Shown one piece after another: positions 18,556-28,167 of a stretch of DNA of 64,000 nt. A program made the translations under genes and the position numbers. The notes under the pieces were generated by a model. It did not search any database and was not told the DNA's origin. It worked only from the letters and a program-made list of their open reading frames with translations. Origin of the DNA: a phage. The stretch lies in the NCBI GenBank assembly GCA_020241865.1, contig GCA_020241865.1_4709.1, one strand, 5' to 3'. Position 1 is the first letter of the stretch; every line of letters starts with the position of its first letter.

Positions 18556-19329
18556 TTACTCAGGATCGGCGTAGAAATGGTGAGGATAGCCGGAGTACGA
18601 TCCCGCGTTACCGGCTATGGATTCTTTCTGGGAATCGACGACGAGCGCATAGAACTGTCGGGAATTTGTTAGCGTTGAGAAATAAGCGGAAAGGACTTTT
18701 TCATTCAACGCATCGCAAGGTAGACAGGTGCGACCGCAAAACGTCACGATACGGCCGTCGGGATAGATCTCACGAATCATTCTCCACTCACCGATATCCA
18801 CTGGTGATGGCGCTGCTACACCACCTGTTATCGTTAAGTAACGATCGTACGTGGTATGGCATTCAGGATGAATATAGATCGGCTTGTTCGTTTCGACAGG
18901 TTCCGAAGTATCTCGACGACTAAGAAGCTCAACGACTTCAAGATAAATCGTTGGTAGATCGCGGAGAATACCGGTGCTACGACGTTTCTTTGTGATTCGC
19001 GGACGAATCTCGTTGAGAGCGTATTCGAGCTTACGTTCAGCTTCGTACGCATCGAGTTTTATCAGGCGACCCGGTTCATCGGAATGATCCTGAGTTACGT
19101 AAACGAAATACGCGTTGCCTTTTGCAGCGTGAAAGATTCGAGCGACCTTAAATGTTTCTACGGTACGATACCCAAGGCGCGATTGATTTTCCACAGGAGA
19201 AAATATCCAATGTCGTCCTTCGTCCGCCTCAACAATTTCGTTGAAACTATCCGTTTGTTCTGGGACCTGGTAGTCAGCCATTAATGTATCAAGAGCGTCG
19301 TCAGCCAGTTTGATGTAAATATCTGTCAT
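18556..19329 (-). CDS. hypothetical protein, tandem paralog of 17568-18470 (about 258 aa)
   Basis: Track ORF runs to 19542 through the intergenic stem-loop and promoter-like motif; ATG 19329 has GAGGA upstream and begins MTDIYIKL, matching MTTIYREL of the paralog. Confidence 0.8.
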   Translation of the reverse strand: MTDIYIKLADDALDTLMADYQVPEQTDSFNEIVEADEGRHWIFSPVENQSRLGYRTVETFKVARIFHAAKGNAYFVYVTQDHSDEPGRLIKLDAYEAERKLEYALNEIRPRITKKRRSTGILRDLPTIYLEVVELLSRRDTSEPVETNKPIYIHPECHTTYDRYLTITGGVAAPSPVDIGEWRMIREIYPDGRIVTFCGRTCLPCDALNEKVLSAYFSTLTNSRQFYALVVDSQKESIAGNAGSYSGYPHHFYADPE

Positions 19330-19380
19330 GTTTGTATCCTCGGCTATTAAGAGAAATTTACAGTGATAACAGTAACCGTT

Positions 19381-19416
19381 GTTATCACCTAGGTAATATA
19401 GTCGCGAAATAAACTG
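19381..19416 (-). promoter_or_regulatory. conserved promoter-like motif copy 1 (minus strand CAGTTTATTTCGCGACTATATTACCTAGGTGATAAC)
   Basis: Near-identical 33-nt copy at 57405-57437; contains TATATTAC; about 50 nt upstream of ATG 19329 and just downstream of stem-loop 19434-19465; adjacent inverted repeat TGATAACA-N8-TGTTATCA at 19364-19387. Confidence 0.5.
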
Positions 19417-19433
19417 GGTTAGACAGTATATGA

Positions 19434-19465
19434 CCCTCTCCCAACCCGTAAGGGAAGGGAGAGGG
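19434..19465 (-). terminator. GC-rich stem-loop CCCTCTCCC-AA-CCC-GTAA-GGG-AA-GGGAGAGGG (family member)
   Basis: Perfect inverted repeat starting 5 nt after stop of gene 19470-20837. Confidence 0.65.
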
Positions 19466-19469
19466 AATA

Positions 19470-20837
19470 TTAAACGGTTGGACGAACAGTATTGTCTTTT
19501 TCTGGTGCAATCCATAACGTGACTGTACCATGGCATGTCCACTGCGGTTCACGCACAGAAGAACCTGCCATTGTAACAGCGCAATCGGTACGCATGATAA
19601 CCCCGTATGCTTCGCAGAGATTGTTATCCTGCATCCACACAACTTTAGCGGGCATGCCAGGATACAACAAATCCATGTTTGCGTATTCCCACACCAACTG
19701 CATCGTTCTACCGCGTAATCCGGCAGTATTGCTTAATTCACGCCATCGGTTATCGGTTACGCGTCCCATCCCTTTCGCCACTTTCACGTTATCGCTACGT
19801 TCTTCAGTTACGTACTCGCTAACGTTTACGGTACGACTGATGATCGTATCACCCCCTTTTGATAATGTCATTCCCTGACTCATCTGACTTGCCGAAACAA
19901 AACGCCCACCCGCATTACCTAACAACGAAGCCGCGTTATTGATGTCGCTTACCGACGCCCCTCTCGTACACGCAATTTCCACGTATTTGTCACGATTGAT
20001 CCAGGTCTTGTCCATGCCCGGAAACATATCGGCAGGATAGTTGTAAAAGATCGCCGTGCGCCGACCGTCAGAGAAACGGGTTTCGTCGTATAAGGGGTAG
20101 ATATACAGATACGGGGATTGATAATAACAACCGACGTCAGCTGAATAAATACCGACCTGGTTCTGTATTTTATCTACGAGATCCATCGCATTGGTACCGT
20201 GTGGAAGAATAAGCAACTTGAATGGGTTGTCGTTATTCGGTGCAACAATATCCACACCCTGCATTTTGAATCCGGTGTCAGCTTCAACCGCAGAAAGTAT
20301 CTTGCTGAATTCAAGTCGCAGTACATCCAGCACTTTCGACCCAGTATAGTTCTCACCGGTTTCTGATTGCATGAAGCTTTCAAGAACAGGATCGAACAGT
20401 TGAAATTGAAGATCGACCATTTGTTCGTAGTCTTTCTTCGAAGAATCGGTTGCGGTACGTTCGTCGGTAGCGGACATACGACTGTCTACGGTTGTTAAAC
20501 AAACCGCTCGGTAGACGTAAGCTTGTGCGGCATCGTCTACGGTTTGGCGTTGTCCGCGCATCAGGCTGTACGCCTGCACGATGATGCGCATTTTAAGTTG
20601 TTGTTGGTACGGTAGAATGTATTTTCCGTAACTGCCGGGCGGGAACTTTACAGAGATATAGAGTTCATCTCCAGCGTTACGTTCATAGTCTCGATACGTG
20701 TGGACTTGAGTCACTAAAGGAACAGACACCGTCATTGACGGCGTGATTAATTCCGCGGTGACTTTATACGCAACAGCAACTGCTTCCTGCGCAAATGTAC
20801 CGATATACCGTCCTAACGGCGTCTGTTTGTAATCCAT
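19470..20837 (-). CDS. hypothetical protein (455 aa)
   Basis: ORF track; ATG 20837. Confidence 0.85.
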   Translation of the reverse strand: MDYKQTPLGRYIGTFAQEAVAVAYKVTAELITPSMTVSVPLVTQVHTYRDYERNAGDELYISVKFPPGSYGKYILPYQQQLKMRIIVQAYSLMRGQRQTVDDAAQAYVYRAVCLTTVDSRMSATDERTATDSSKKDYEQMVDLQFQLFDPVLESFMQSETGENYTGSKVLDVLRLEFSKILSAVEADTGFKMQGVDIVAPNNDNPFKLLILPHGTNAMDLVDKIQNQVGIYSADVGCYYQSPYLYIYPLYDETRFSDGRRTAIFYNYPADMFPGMDKTWINRDKYVEIACTRGASVSDINNAASLLGNAGGRFVSASQMSQGMTLSKGGDTIISRTVNVSEYVTEERSDNVKVAKGMGRVTDNRWRELSNTAGLRGRTMQLVWEYANMDLLYPGMPAKVVWMQDNNLCEAYGVIMRTDCAVTMAGSSVREPQWTCHGTVTLWIAPEKDNTVRPTV

Positions 20838-20839
20838 GT

Positions 20840-21445
20840 TTAACGACCCCGTTGCTGTTGTTGAATGATGAATTCTTCGATCTTCGTACCACGGAATTCG
20901 CTGTGACGAACCGCTTGCAGTTGCTCTTCAACGGTTGGGCCTGCATTGAGACCACCACGACGTGCGCGGTTGATGCCGATTTTACGGCGCTGACCGATTT
21001 CACGTAAACGTGAAGATAATCCGCTCATTTCGGTTGGGTCTTTAATGCGACCGCGTGCAACGTTCCACAGACCACCCATGAACTCTTCGAGGATACGGCT
21101 GGCTTCGAGAGACGGTACGCGCGCGTTAGGGTCGTTTTCGAGATTGTATTTAACGTATTCCGTATGTTCCAGAAGAAGCATGAACATCTTCATGGCGTTC
21201 ACGTCAGGATTTGCAATACGCATAGGAACACCACGAGAATGTTTTTCAGCAGCCTGCGGTACGGTAAGCTGTGCGGGCACCTCTTCGTTCATGGCCATAT
21301 CGTCGATTTCTGCAACCCCTGAAGAGTAGACGCCGCTGACCTCATTGGTGTAATTGTCCACCATGAATTTACGGGGAATCCAGAATTCGAATTTACGTTC
21401 AAATAGACGTTTGGTTGGGGTATCTTTAACGTGTTGTAGACTCAT
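20840..21445 (-). CDS. hypothetical protein (201 aa)
   Basis: ORF track; ATG 21445 with AGGAG upstream; ATGA overlap with upstream gene stop. Confidence 0.8.
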   Translation of the reverse strand: MSLQHVKDTPTKRLFERKFEFWIPRKFMVDNYTNEVSGVYSSGVAEIDDMAMNEEVPAQLTVPQAAEKHSRGVPMRIANPDVNAMKMFMLLLEHTEYVKYNLENDPNARVPSLEASRILEEFMGGLWNVARGRIKDPTEMSGLSSRLREIGQRRKIGINRARRGGLNAGPTVEEQLQAVRHSEFRGTKIEEFIIQQQQRGR

Positions 21446-22758
21446 GGTTCAATAGCTCCTGCTCGTAACAGCATAATAACGAACGGTGTGAAATAATAAC
21501 GATCCAGCGGAGAAAGCAACGGTAATGCGTCAACCATCTGTTTCAGTGCTGGATGACTGATTGCTTTCTCATCGACCATATCACGTACCATACTCTCAAT
21601 GATTGTCATTGGGGCTTGATTGCGATAGAAAGCCTCTGTGAAAACATAGTACGGATCGTCCGCTACAGATGGAAACAACGGAACGCCGTCATACTCCATC
21701 GATGTAAGGTTGGTCACCAACGGATTTGTCGGTGGTGTGTTTTCAGGTACAGCCAACTCTTTACCTACGTCTTCACCGAGCGACGTGGTCGCAGGCCACA
21801 TACAGAACCGCGCACCACTAAAACGAATCCCACCTGCAGCCGGGTACTGATAGAAACGCTTTGTTGACAACAGTGTGAATTTCACCGTCAACCGCGCCTC
21901 GTCTTCCCGACGTCCGTCCATTACCCATTCAAAGACAGAAATCGCATTCGCTTCCTGGCTGTCGTCTACGTTAAGACGTCCGAAGTTCCATGAAGGTTTT
22001 CCTTCAAGCGACGACCATAATTTCGTAAACGCGTTAACACACCAGGGATCGTAGGTTGCCGCATCCTGACCAGGAACAAGTAATGTGTTTAATTCACGGC
22101 TGTAGAATTCATGGTAGTACGCGTGACAAAGTCCCAGCGCACGACGGAGATAATCATACTTACGATTGTATTTCTCCGTTGCCATTACGGGATGTTTTCC
22201 GTGCTTTAACTGGTCTTGGTCGTACAGCGTATCCTCAACGATTTTCGCTTCCAGTTCGATAAGCTGTTTTTCGTCAAGAATACGCTGGAAGGAAATATCG
22301 CATTCGTAAGCCGGTGCTAAGCTAATGTTCTTCGGCGTGATTCGGGTGATCGTGTACACCGCGATACGATGATCGAGACCGGAGATTAACAGCATGTTAC
22401 CTAAAAGAGGAACCGATACCGCCGGAAGTATACACGTACCCTCGGATTGAAAACGTGCGGTCCCGTTGTCGTACGACGGCGTCAATGACGACATTAACTT
22501 GATAGGGTAATGTCTGATGCGACGGTACTGCTGTTCAGCGATGTCTCGGTTAGCTTGAAAACTGCTTTGTTCATCATCGCGACCGAGAATCTGTTCGTAA
22601 TAATCACATTCTACGGAATAACCGGATGCGTAATTCACTAACCCGATTTGACTATTGTATTGCTCATCCACCACCGCAGAACGATAAACATCGTCGCGAG
22701 CCTTCGCGGGTTGTTGGGGGTTGATGGTGGGTTTCGCGGGCTTCTTAGCGAGCGCCAT
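21442..22758 (-). CDS. hypothetical protein (438 aa)
   Basis: ORF track; ATG 22758 with AGGAG upstream. Confidence 0.85.
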   Translation of the reverse strand: MALAKKPAKPTINPQQPAKARDDVYRSAVVDEQYNSQIGLVNYASGYSVECDYYEQILGRDDEQSSFQANRDIAEQQYRRIRHYPIKLMSSLTPSYDNGTARFQSEGTCILPAVSVPLLGNMLLISGLDHRIAVYTITRITPKNISLAPAYECDISFQRILDEKQLIELEAKIVEDTLYDQDQLKHGKHPVMATEKYNRKYDYLRRALGLCHAYYHEFYSRELNTLLVPGQDAATYDPWCVNAFTKLWSSLEGKPSWNFGRLNVDDSQEANAISVFEWVMDGRREDEARLTVKFTLLSTKRFYQYPAAGGIRFSGARFCMWPATTSLGEDVGKELAVPENTPPTNPLVTNLTSMEYDGVPLFPSVADDPYYVFTEAFYRNQAPMTIIESMVRDMVDEKAISHPALKQMVDALPLLSPLDRYYFTPFVIMLLRAGAIEP

Positions 22759-24310
22759 AGCGTTTCACTCCTACGATGGTACCGACAAGAATTCTCGGTA
22801 CGAATAAACTACGATGTTTGAACCACGAAGCGGTTGTTGGGATACGTTTGATGGCTTCGATAAGCCCGATTAGCGTATAGCACCCCCGACTGTTCTTCTT
22901 AGGCCAGTACTTTTTATCTAGACCTAATACTGCAAACAGCTCATCCACCAGATTGGGATAACAACACAACGCTTCAAGTGTTTCAACCTGTAACTGACTT
23001 AAATCTAACAGTATCGCCAGACGAACGTGGTAATCACTCCGTAAGTCTAACGGATCTTTCGCTTCAAGATCGCCAACGTCGGTTAATGTCCACGCGTCTC
23101 TTGCGTAGCGGTATTTGCCCTTCCAAACCTCAAGGAAAAAAGGAGACTGGTAATGACATTTTGACCATTCTGGGTACTCACGGAACCACCGAACAAGATC
23201 GGGATGGAATTCACCTTCTTCGGCTAACGAGTCCAACGTCACCAACAGGTTAGGTTGTTCAGGATCGATGGCAAGCAGCGCGGTGAAAAGCGTGCTTGAT
23301 GGAAGTTCGGTTTCCACACTTGATGGCGGTAGCCATTCATCCAGATCAGGATACCGATACGCTTGAATCGACGCACCCTGCTCGGGCAAGAACGAATCAC
23401 GAAGAATGTCCTGATACTGCACCACCATACCACCACGACGCGCACGGGATTTATCACGCACCGAAAGGCTCGGTTTGTAAAGGTACTCTTCGGGGAGTAT
23501 CTGTTGGTGTACTTGAACAGGATACCGTGCTACGATATGTGTTGGCGTGTCGTACGTGTAACGGTAAGAGAAGGTTGCGTTGTACGAAGAACTGTTCTCA
23601 TTCTTCTCTGGCTTCGGAGCGTCGGTGAAATCAAATTGACCAGAGATCTCTTCTTGCATTTCCCTGATAACCAATTTAACGCTCTTACCGTCACCTGCAA
23701 CTGTCGTCATGGTGGTTGCGCGGTTGTCGAACCCGTCTCTAAGGTATTCGCTGAACTTATCCCCGTAACCCGCTATTGCTTCTCGGTGTGTGTGGATAAC
23801 TTTTAACAACATGAGAAACTGTGTTGGGATCGCATAGCTGTATTCAGCGCTAAGAAAGGCGGCGACATGCTGACTTGTGAGCAACCGTTTCATGTCGTAC
23901 CACCAACGTTCGGCAGTGACCTGATCTTCGAACCGTTTGGTGATCTGCATGGTTGCAACCATCGTACTGTAAACAGGTACTAACGATACGCCAAGGTTAC
24001 GGTCTTCAAATACGGGAAGACTGTTTCGTTTGTAAACGGTATCGTACATAGAGGCCTGTTCTTCAGGGACAATGTTAAGCTCAATTTGGATAAACCCGTC
24101 AGCAGGCCCCTTTACATCCTGATCAACAACTTGCGGCGGTTGCTCGTTCGCAGCACTCATTTTAGCGTGAAGAGCTTCCCCTCGAAAAAGAATGTTCTCC
24201 CGACTATAATCCCACCCGCAAAGCTCGCTGATCTGCCGTAACACCGCGATTGCAACCGGACGTGTTACCGTCGCGTATACGTCATTGATTTTTCGATCAA
24301 GTTTAGGCAT
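22745..24310 (-). CDS. hypothetical protein (about 521 aa)
   Basis: Track start 24337 is GTG; ATG 24310 has GAGGA 9 nt upstream and overlaps upstream stop by 8 nt. Confidence 0.8.
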   Translation of the reverse strand: MPKLDRKINDVYATVTRPVAIAVLRQISELCGWDYSRENILFRGEALHAKMSAANEQPPQVVDQDVKGPADGFIQIELNIVPEEQASMYDTVYKRNSLPVFEDRNLGVSLVPVYSTMVATMQITKRFEDQVTAERWWYDMKRLLTSQHVAAFLSAEYSYAIPTQFLMLLKVIHTHREAIAGYGDKFSEYLRDGFDNRATTMTTVAGDGKSVKLVIREMQEEISGQFDFTDAPKPEKNENSSSYNATFSYRYTYDTPTHIVARYPVQVHQQILPEEYLYKPSLSVRDKSRARRGGMVVQYQDILRDSFLPEQGASIQAYRYPDLDEWLPPSSVETELPSSTLFTALLAIDPEQPNLLVTLDSLAEEGEFHPDLVRWFREYPEWSKCHYQSPFFLEVWKGKYRYARDAWTLTDVGDLEAKDPLDLRSDYHVRLAILLDLSQLQVETLEALCCYPNLVDELFAVLGLDKKYWPKKNSRGCYTLIGLIEAIKRIPTTASWFKHRSLFVPRILVGTIVGVKRYGAR

Positions 24311-24686
24311 CGATGTCGTCCTCGCTAATTTCCTCACCTCCTTGTTGTCGATATCCGGTATAATGAATCAGACTGCTCTGTAGAAGCTCTTTAACGAGCC
24401 CTAGACGCGTTTTATCTGTTTCATTGGACGTTTCCATTAATGTTTCTATTTCGTTGTTTAAAACAGCGTATAGCGCTTCTAACGGCAATCCTTGGATGAT
24501 TGGTTTGATGGTACCTTCCGGTAGTGCCGCAACAGGAATCTGCACGACGGTTTCGTGTGCGGTATGTGGGTTGATACGGCAAATATACATACCGGGTACT
24601 GAATGTCGCGGGCACGCCGCTACCAAGCATGTCTGTTGCTGCGCACCGTTAAGTGCGAGTGAAAGAAATTTTGCTTCACGTGTCAT
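24303..24686 (-). CDS. hypothetical protein (127 aa)
   Basis: ORF track; ATG 24686. Confidence 0.7.
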   Translation of the reverse strand: MTREAKFLSLALNGAQQQTCLVAACPRHSVPGMYICRINPHTAHETVVQIPVAALPEGTIKPIIQGLPLEALYAVLNNEIETLMETSNETDKTRLGLVKELLQSSLIHYTGYRQQGGEEISEDDIDA

Positions 24687-24731
24687 CGCAGATTCCTGTT
24701 TGAAAGATAAGATATCACATGATGGTCGACA

Positions 24732-24768
24732 GCATAAAGCCCACCCCGAAGGGCGGGCTGTTTATGCG
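24732..24768 (-). terminator. stem-loop GCATAAAGCCCACCCC-GAA-GGGCGGGCTGTTTATGC (looser family relative)
   Basis: Imperfect inverted repeat whose CATAAA/TTTATG flanks also pair; between stop 24775 and start 24686. Confidence 0.5.
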
Positions 24769-24774
24769 TACGGA

Positions 24775-27700
24775 TTACTTGTAGGCACCGCAATGGGCTT
24801 TGATGAGGAAAAGCACCGCTTGCATCGGTTTATTGAACTGTTGCCATAACGTCAATGCCGGATGGAACAACCAATCTTCCAGGCCGAGAACAATACCGTA
24901 GTTAACGACATTATTAACATCGTTCTCAACGTTGAGTTCGCTATCCAGGAATTTATCGATTGAACGCAGGGTCTGCATGGCGTTGTCAGCAATAAGCCAA
25001 GCTTCATGTGCTTCACGAGCCGCACGCAGCACTGCCTCCAGTTCGCTGATAGTAGCTACCGGTAATTCCTCACTGGTGAGGTCGTCAGAAACCGTAAACT
25101 GGCGATTGATACCGGTGTAGATCCACTGCATCAGTTTCGCTGCTTCCTCGTTCGGGTTGTTACGCGTTGTCGCATAAGTCGCGCTCACCTTCACGATGTG
25201 CGTTTCACCAAGATACGCTTTGGACCCAACACCTTTACGATCGCTGTCTTTCCACGGTTGTACGGTAGCGACCATGAGCTTATCCCATTTCTGAATAGGA
25301 ATACGCTTCAGACCAACAACCGATCCAGCGGATGTTTCGGACTGGTTGCTCTTCCGCACGTCGCTGAGCTCACGATCGATCGCAACGATTAATTCACGCG
25401 TCATGTTACCAAGCATTTTGATTTCACCCAACGCAGCGATGAGCTTCTTCACATCGGTAACAGGTTCACCACCGATGGTAAGATGACGGATGAAACGTTT
25501 CAGAATAATCCGTTCTGCTGCTGGGTTACCGCGACGCGCTTTGGCCAGCGCTTGCTGTGTTTCGGCGAACAGCTTATCCCATGGAGCCGTAGCGGCGGTA
25601 TAGTAACGATGGTTGGTTTCAATCCAGTTACCGATACGGTTAACCGCGCTCTTAACGGTATCCATGAATCCTTCCATCGCAATTTCGGTAGCTTCGACGT
25701 TACCCTGGAAGTTATCGGGACCGATCTCGCGTGCCGCTACCAGAATACCTTCCACCGCGCTCACCGCGTGGCGACCGATAGCCAGATTTCGCTGCGCTTC
25801 TTCAGCACGCTCAACGAATTCCACCACCGCAGGATTATCAACGATTTCCGCCTCGGCAACAACACGTGTACCGGCATCGCCTTCCAGTGTTTCGATGGTG
25901 ACAACAGGATCGTTTTCACCAGCAACATCCTGGTATTCTTCCTGTTTGAGATCGCCGTTATCAGCCGCTGCGACAGCGGTGAGTATACGAACGGTAACAT
26001 CGCCGAGTTCTTTTGCAGCGAATCCGTAAACGGTGCATGCGGTCGTTGCAAAGTTCATCAGGGTACGTGTGCGCTGCGTGACGTAGCGTGCGCCCGATTC
26101 GTTTTCCACTTTGTCCAGATCGCGGAGTAACTGCTCAGCCGTCTCCTGAAGTTGAGTAACTGCTTTCAGGAGGTCTTCGTCAAACAGTTTCGTTGCCGCA
26201 CCGATCAGCATTTCAACGCTAACGTTGGACGGCACAGCATCATCCTGTTGTTTCATGGCGCTAAGTTCGTCACGGAACTCACGAATGCCGTTTAACGCAT
26301 CGTCGATAGAATATCCGAACGCTTTCACGCCCGCCATTCCAAGAGCTGCTTTCATTTCAGCTGGATGCTGAACTTGCTCGCCTTCCTTGCTGTTCTTTAA
26401 CTCATCGAAATATTTCTTCGACGCGTCCGCAATACGTTTACTGTCTTTAACCGCATTTACGATCTTATCGACAGATTTCGAGTCGTTTGCGAGCAGCGTA
26501 TCCAGTTTATTCCACTCAACGTCAACCTTCTTGGTGTCGCTCGGCGGAGGAAGCAGTTTCATCACTGGTGCTGTGCGTTGTTCTTTGGTCAGCTTGTCGG
26601 CCTTCTCTTCGATTTTTTTCTTATTAACACCAAAGAGATTTTTCAAACGCGCCACGAGGGCTTTTAAGAACTTCGCGACCGCTTCGTAAACCGATTTCAG
26701 AATCTGTTTAAAGCGACCCGGCTGCTTTTCCCCGTCTTCCAGATTGAGATCGCTGTTCAGTGCGACATCAAGCTGTTTGTACGATTCCATGATGTATTCG
26801 TCTTTGATTTCAGGACGAATCTCGAAGCTTTCCATCGGACCTTCAGCCGGACGGAATTCCATTTTCAGTTCGCCTTGCAGGGTAGGGTCGACAATGGCGA
26901 TCGCTTCACCCTGACCATCAGCGTTAAAGCGTTCAGCGTAACGAGTACGGCGAACAATAACACTCTTATCCCCATCAAGACGACGTACCACCATGGTGCC
27001 AGGAATGTACGGTTGTTCTGTTTCAATGACGGTTACATCTGTTTCACCCTCACCGAGAATAACAGATGCACGCTGTTCAACAACAGGAACATCTAATACA
27101 CCACGGGCTTCCAGCTCTTGATGAATTTCGAACGACTCTTGTTTCAGATCTTCATCTTCTTCGTTTTCGTCGTCTTCATCATCGTCACCTTTGGTGTTTT
27201 CATCACCCTTGGTGGTTGTGTCGTCGGTGGCACCAGCGTCAGCGTCGGTGTTAGCAGGTTCTTCGGACGCAGGTTCGGTGGTGTTGTCCTCCGTGGACGA
27301 CCCGTCAGTGTTATCGACATCAACATCACCTTGCAGTTCTGTTTCCTGAGCAACTGCTTCGGCTTTCTGCTCGCCGGTATTACCATCATTAGCGTCGACA
27401 ACAGGTTGTTCGTCAGCGACGGTATCTTCAACCTTTTCTACTTTCTCCACGACACGTTTAATCACGGTGACTTTGATGGGTTCTTCCGTTGTTTTGGTTT
27501 CTGGCGTCACCTCGGTTGCCGCAGCCGCTGTTTCAGCAACAGGTTCTGCTTTTTCCGGTTCGACGACATTACCTTTAACACCTTCGGTGGTTTCTGCAGG
27601 TTGCGCTGCCTGTTCGATTTGCGCCGGATTGGTTGGATCGATGGCGTTAGCCGCATCCTGAATCTTGTTCTTCAGGTTGTCGCGGTCAGCGTTAACGGTC

Positions 27701-28152
27701 GGGTCGTTGGTCACTTTCGGTGCCGGTGTTTCGGTCGGTGCGTTTGCCGGATACGGGTTCTTCGGCTCTTCGCCAGGTGCGGTCGGTACCGCGATCAGAA
27801 CGAACGGTTGAACATCGTTACCGTCTTCCATGGTTACGCCACCGTTGCTCGGTGTGAAACGAATTCGTAAACTACCATCAATAGGACGGGTCACAATAAC
27901 AGCACGTACGACATCCTCACCGTTCTCATCCGTGCTACGAATCACACGAACAGCGTCATCAACGGTAGCCCCTTCCTCGAGCGTATCTGATTCGATCGTC
28001 GCTTCGATGCTGTCTGGCCGTGCCGCTGTAGGTAATGCGATCACTTGCTCTTCTTTATCAGTAGAAAGCGTTGCTTTGACTTCGATAGGTGTATCGCCGC
28101 TTTCCAGGTTAAGATGCGACTTACGCATCAGATCAGCTAACGATTTTTTCAT
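24775..28152 (-). CDS. large virion-internal protein candidate (1125 aa) with acidic low-complexity central region; C-terminal part shares the EGF-x-IW motif of the paralog family
   Basis: ORF track; ATG 28152 with AGAGGA upstream; motif MEGFMDTVKSAVNRIGNWI. Confidence 0.85.
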   Translation of the reverse strand: MKKSLADLMRKSHLNLESGDTPIEVKATLSTDKEEQVIALPTAARPDSIEATIESDTLEEGATVDDAVRVIRSTDENGEDVVRAVIVTRPIDGSLRIRFTPSNGGVTMEDGNDVQPFVLIAVPTAPGEEPKNPYPANAPTETPAPKVTNDPTVNADRDNLKNKIQDAANAIDPTNPAQIEQAAQPAETTEGVKGNVVEPEKAEPVAETAAAATEVTPETKTTEEPIKVTVIKRVVEKVEKVEDTVADEQPVVDANDGNTGEQKAEAVAQETELQGDVDVDNTDGSSTEDNTTEPASEEPANTDADAGATDDTTTKGDENTKGDDDEDDENEEDEDLKQESFEIHQELEARGVLDVPVVEQRASVILGEGETDVTVIETEQPYIPGTMVVRRLDGDKSVIVRRTRYAERFNADGQGEAIAIVDPTLQGELKMEFRPAEGPMESFEIRPEIKDEYIMESYKQLDVALNSDLNLEDGEKQPGRFKQILKSVYEAVAKFLKALVARLKNLFGVNKKKIEEKADKLTKEQRTAPVMKLLPPPSDTKKVDVEWNKLDTLLANDSKSVDKIVNAVKDSKRIADASKKYFDELKNSKEGEQVQHPAEMKAALGMAGVKAFGYSIDDALNGIREFRDELSAMKQQDDAVPSNVSVEMLIGAATKLFDEDLLKAVTQLQETAEQLLRDLDKVENESGARYVTQRTRTLMNFATTACTVYGFAAKELGDVTVRILTAVAAADNGDLKQEEYQDVAGENDPVVTIETLEGDAGTRVVAEAEIVDNPAVVEFVERAEEAQRNLAIGRHAVSAVEGILVAAREIGPDNFQGNVEATEIAMEGFMDTVKSAVNRIGNWIETNHRYYTAATAPWDKLFAETQQALAKARRGNPAAERIILKRFIRHLTIGGEPVTDVKKLIAALGEIKMLGNMTRELIVAIDRELSDVRKSNQSETSAGSVVGLKRIPIQKWDKLMVATVQPWKDSDRKGVGSKAYLGETHIVKVSATYATTRNNPNEEAAKLMQWIYTGINRQFTVSDDLTSEELPVATISELEAVLRAAREAHEAWLIADNAMQTLRSIDKFLDSELNVENDVNNVVNYGIVLGLEDWLFHPALTLWQQFNKPMQAVLFLIKAHCGAYK

Positions 28153-28167
28153 AAAGCGTTATTCCTC

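Noticed and set aside
18556-19542. Track ORF start at 19542 for the 328-aa ORF
   Set aside because: The extension runs through an intergenic stem-loop and the promoter-like motif and overlaps the upstream gene; ATG 19329 with GAGGA and paralog alignment is preferred.
25483-27870. Plus-strand ORFs 25483-26130, 25613-26029, 27118-27870 and others inside the 1125-aa gene
   Set aside because: Nested antisense or alternative frames produced by the low-complexity acidic region.
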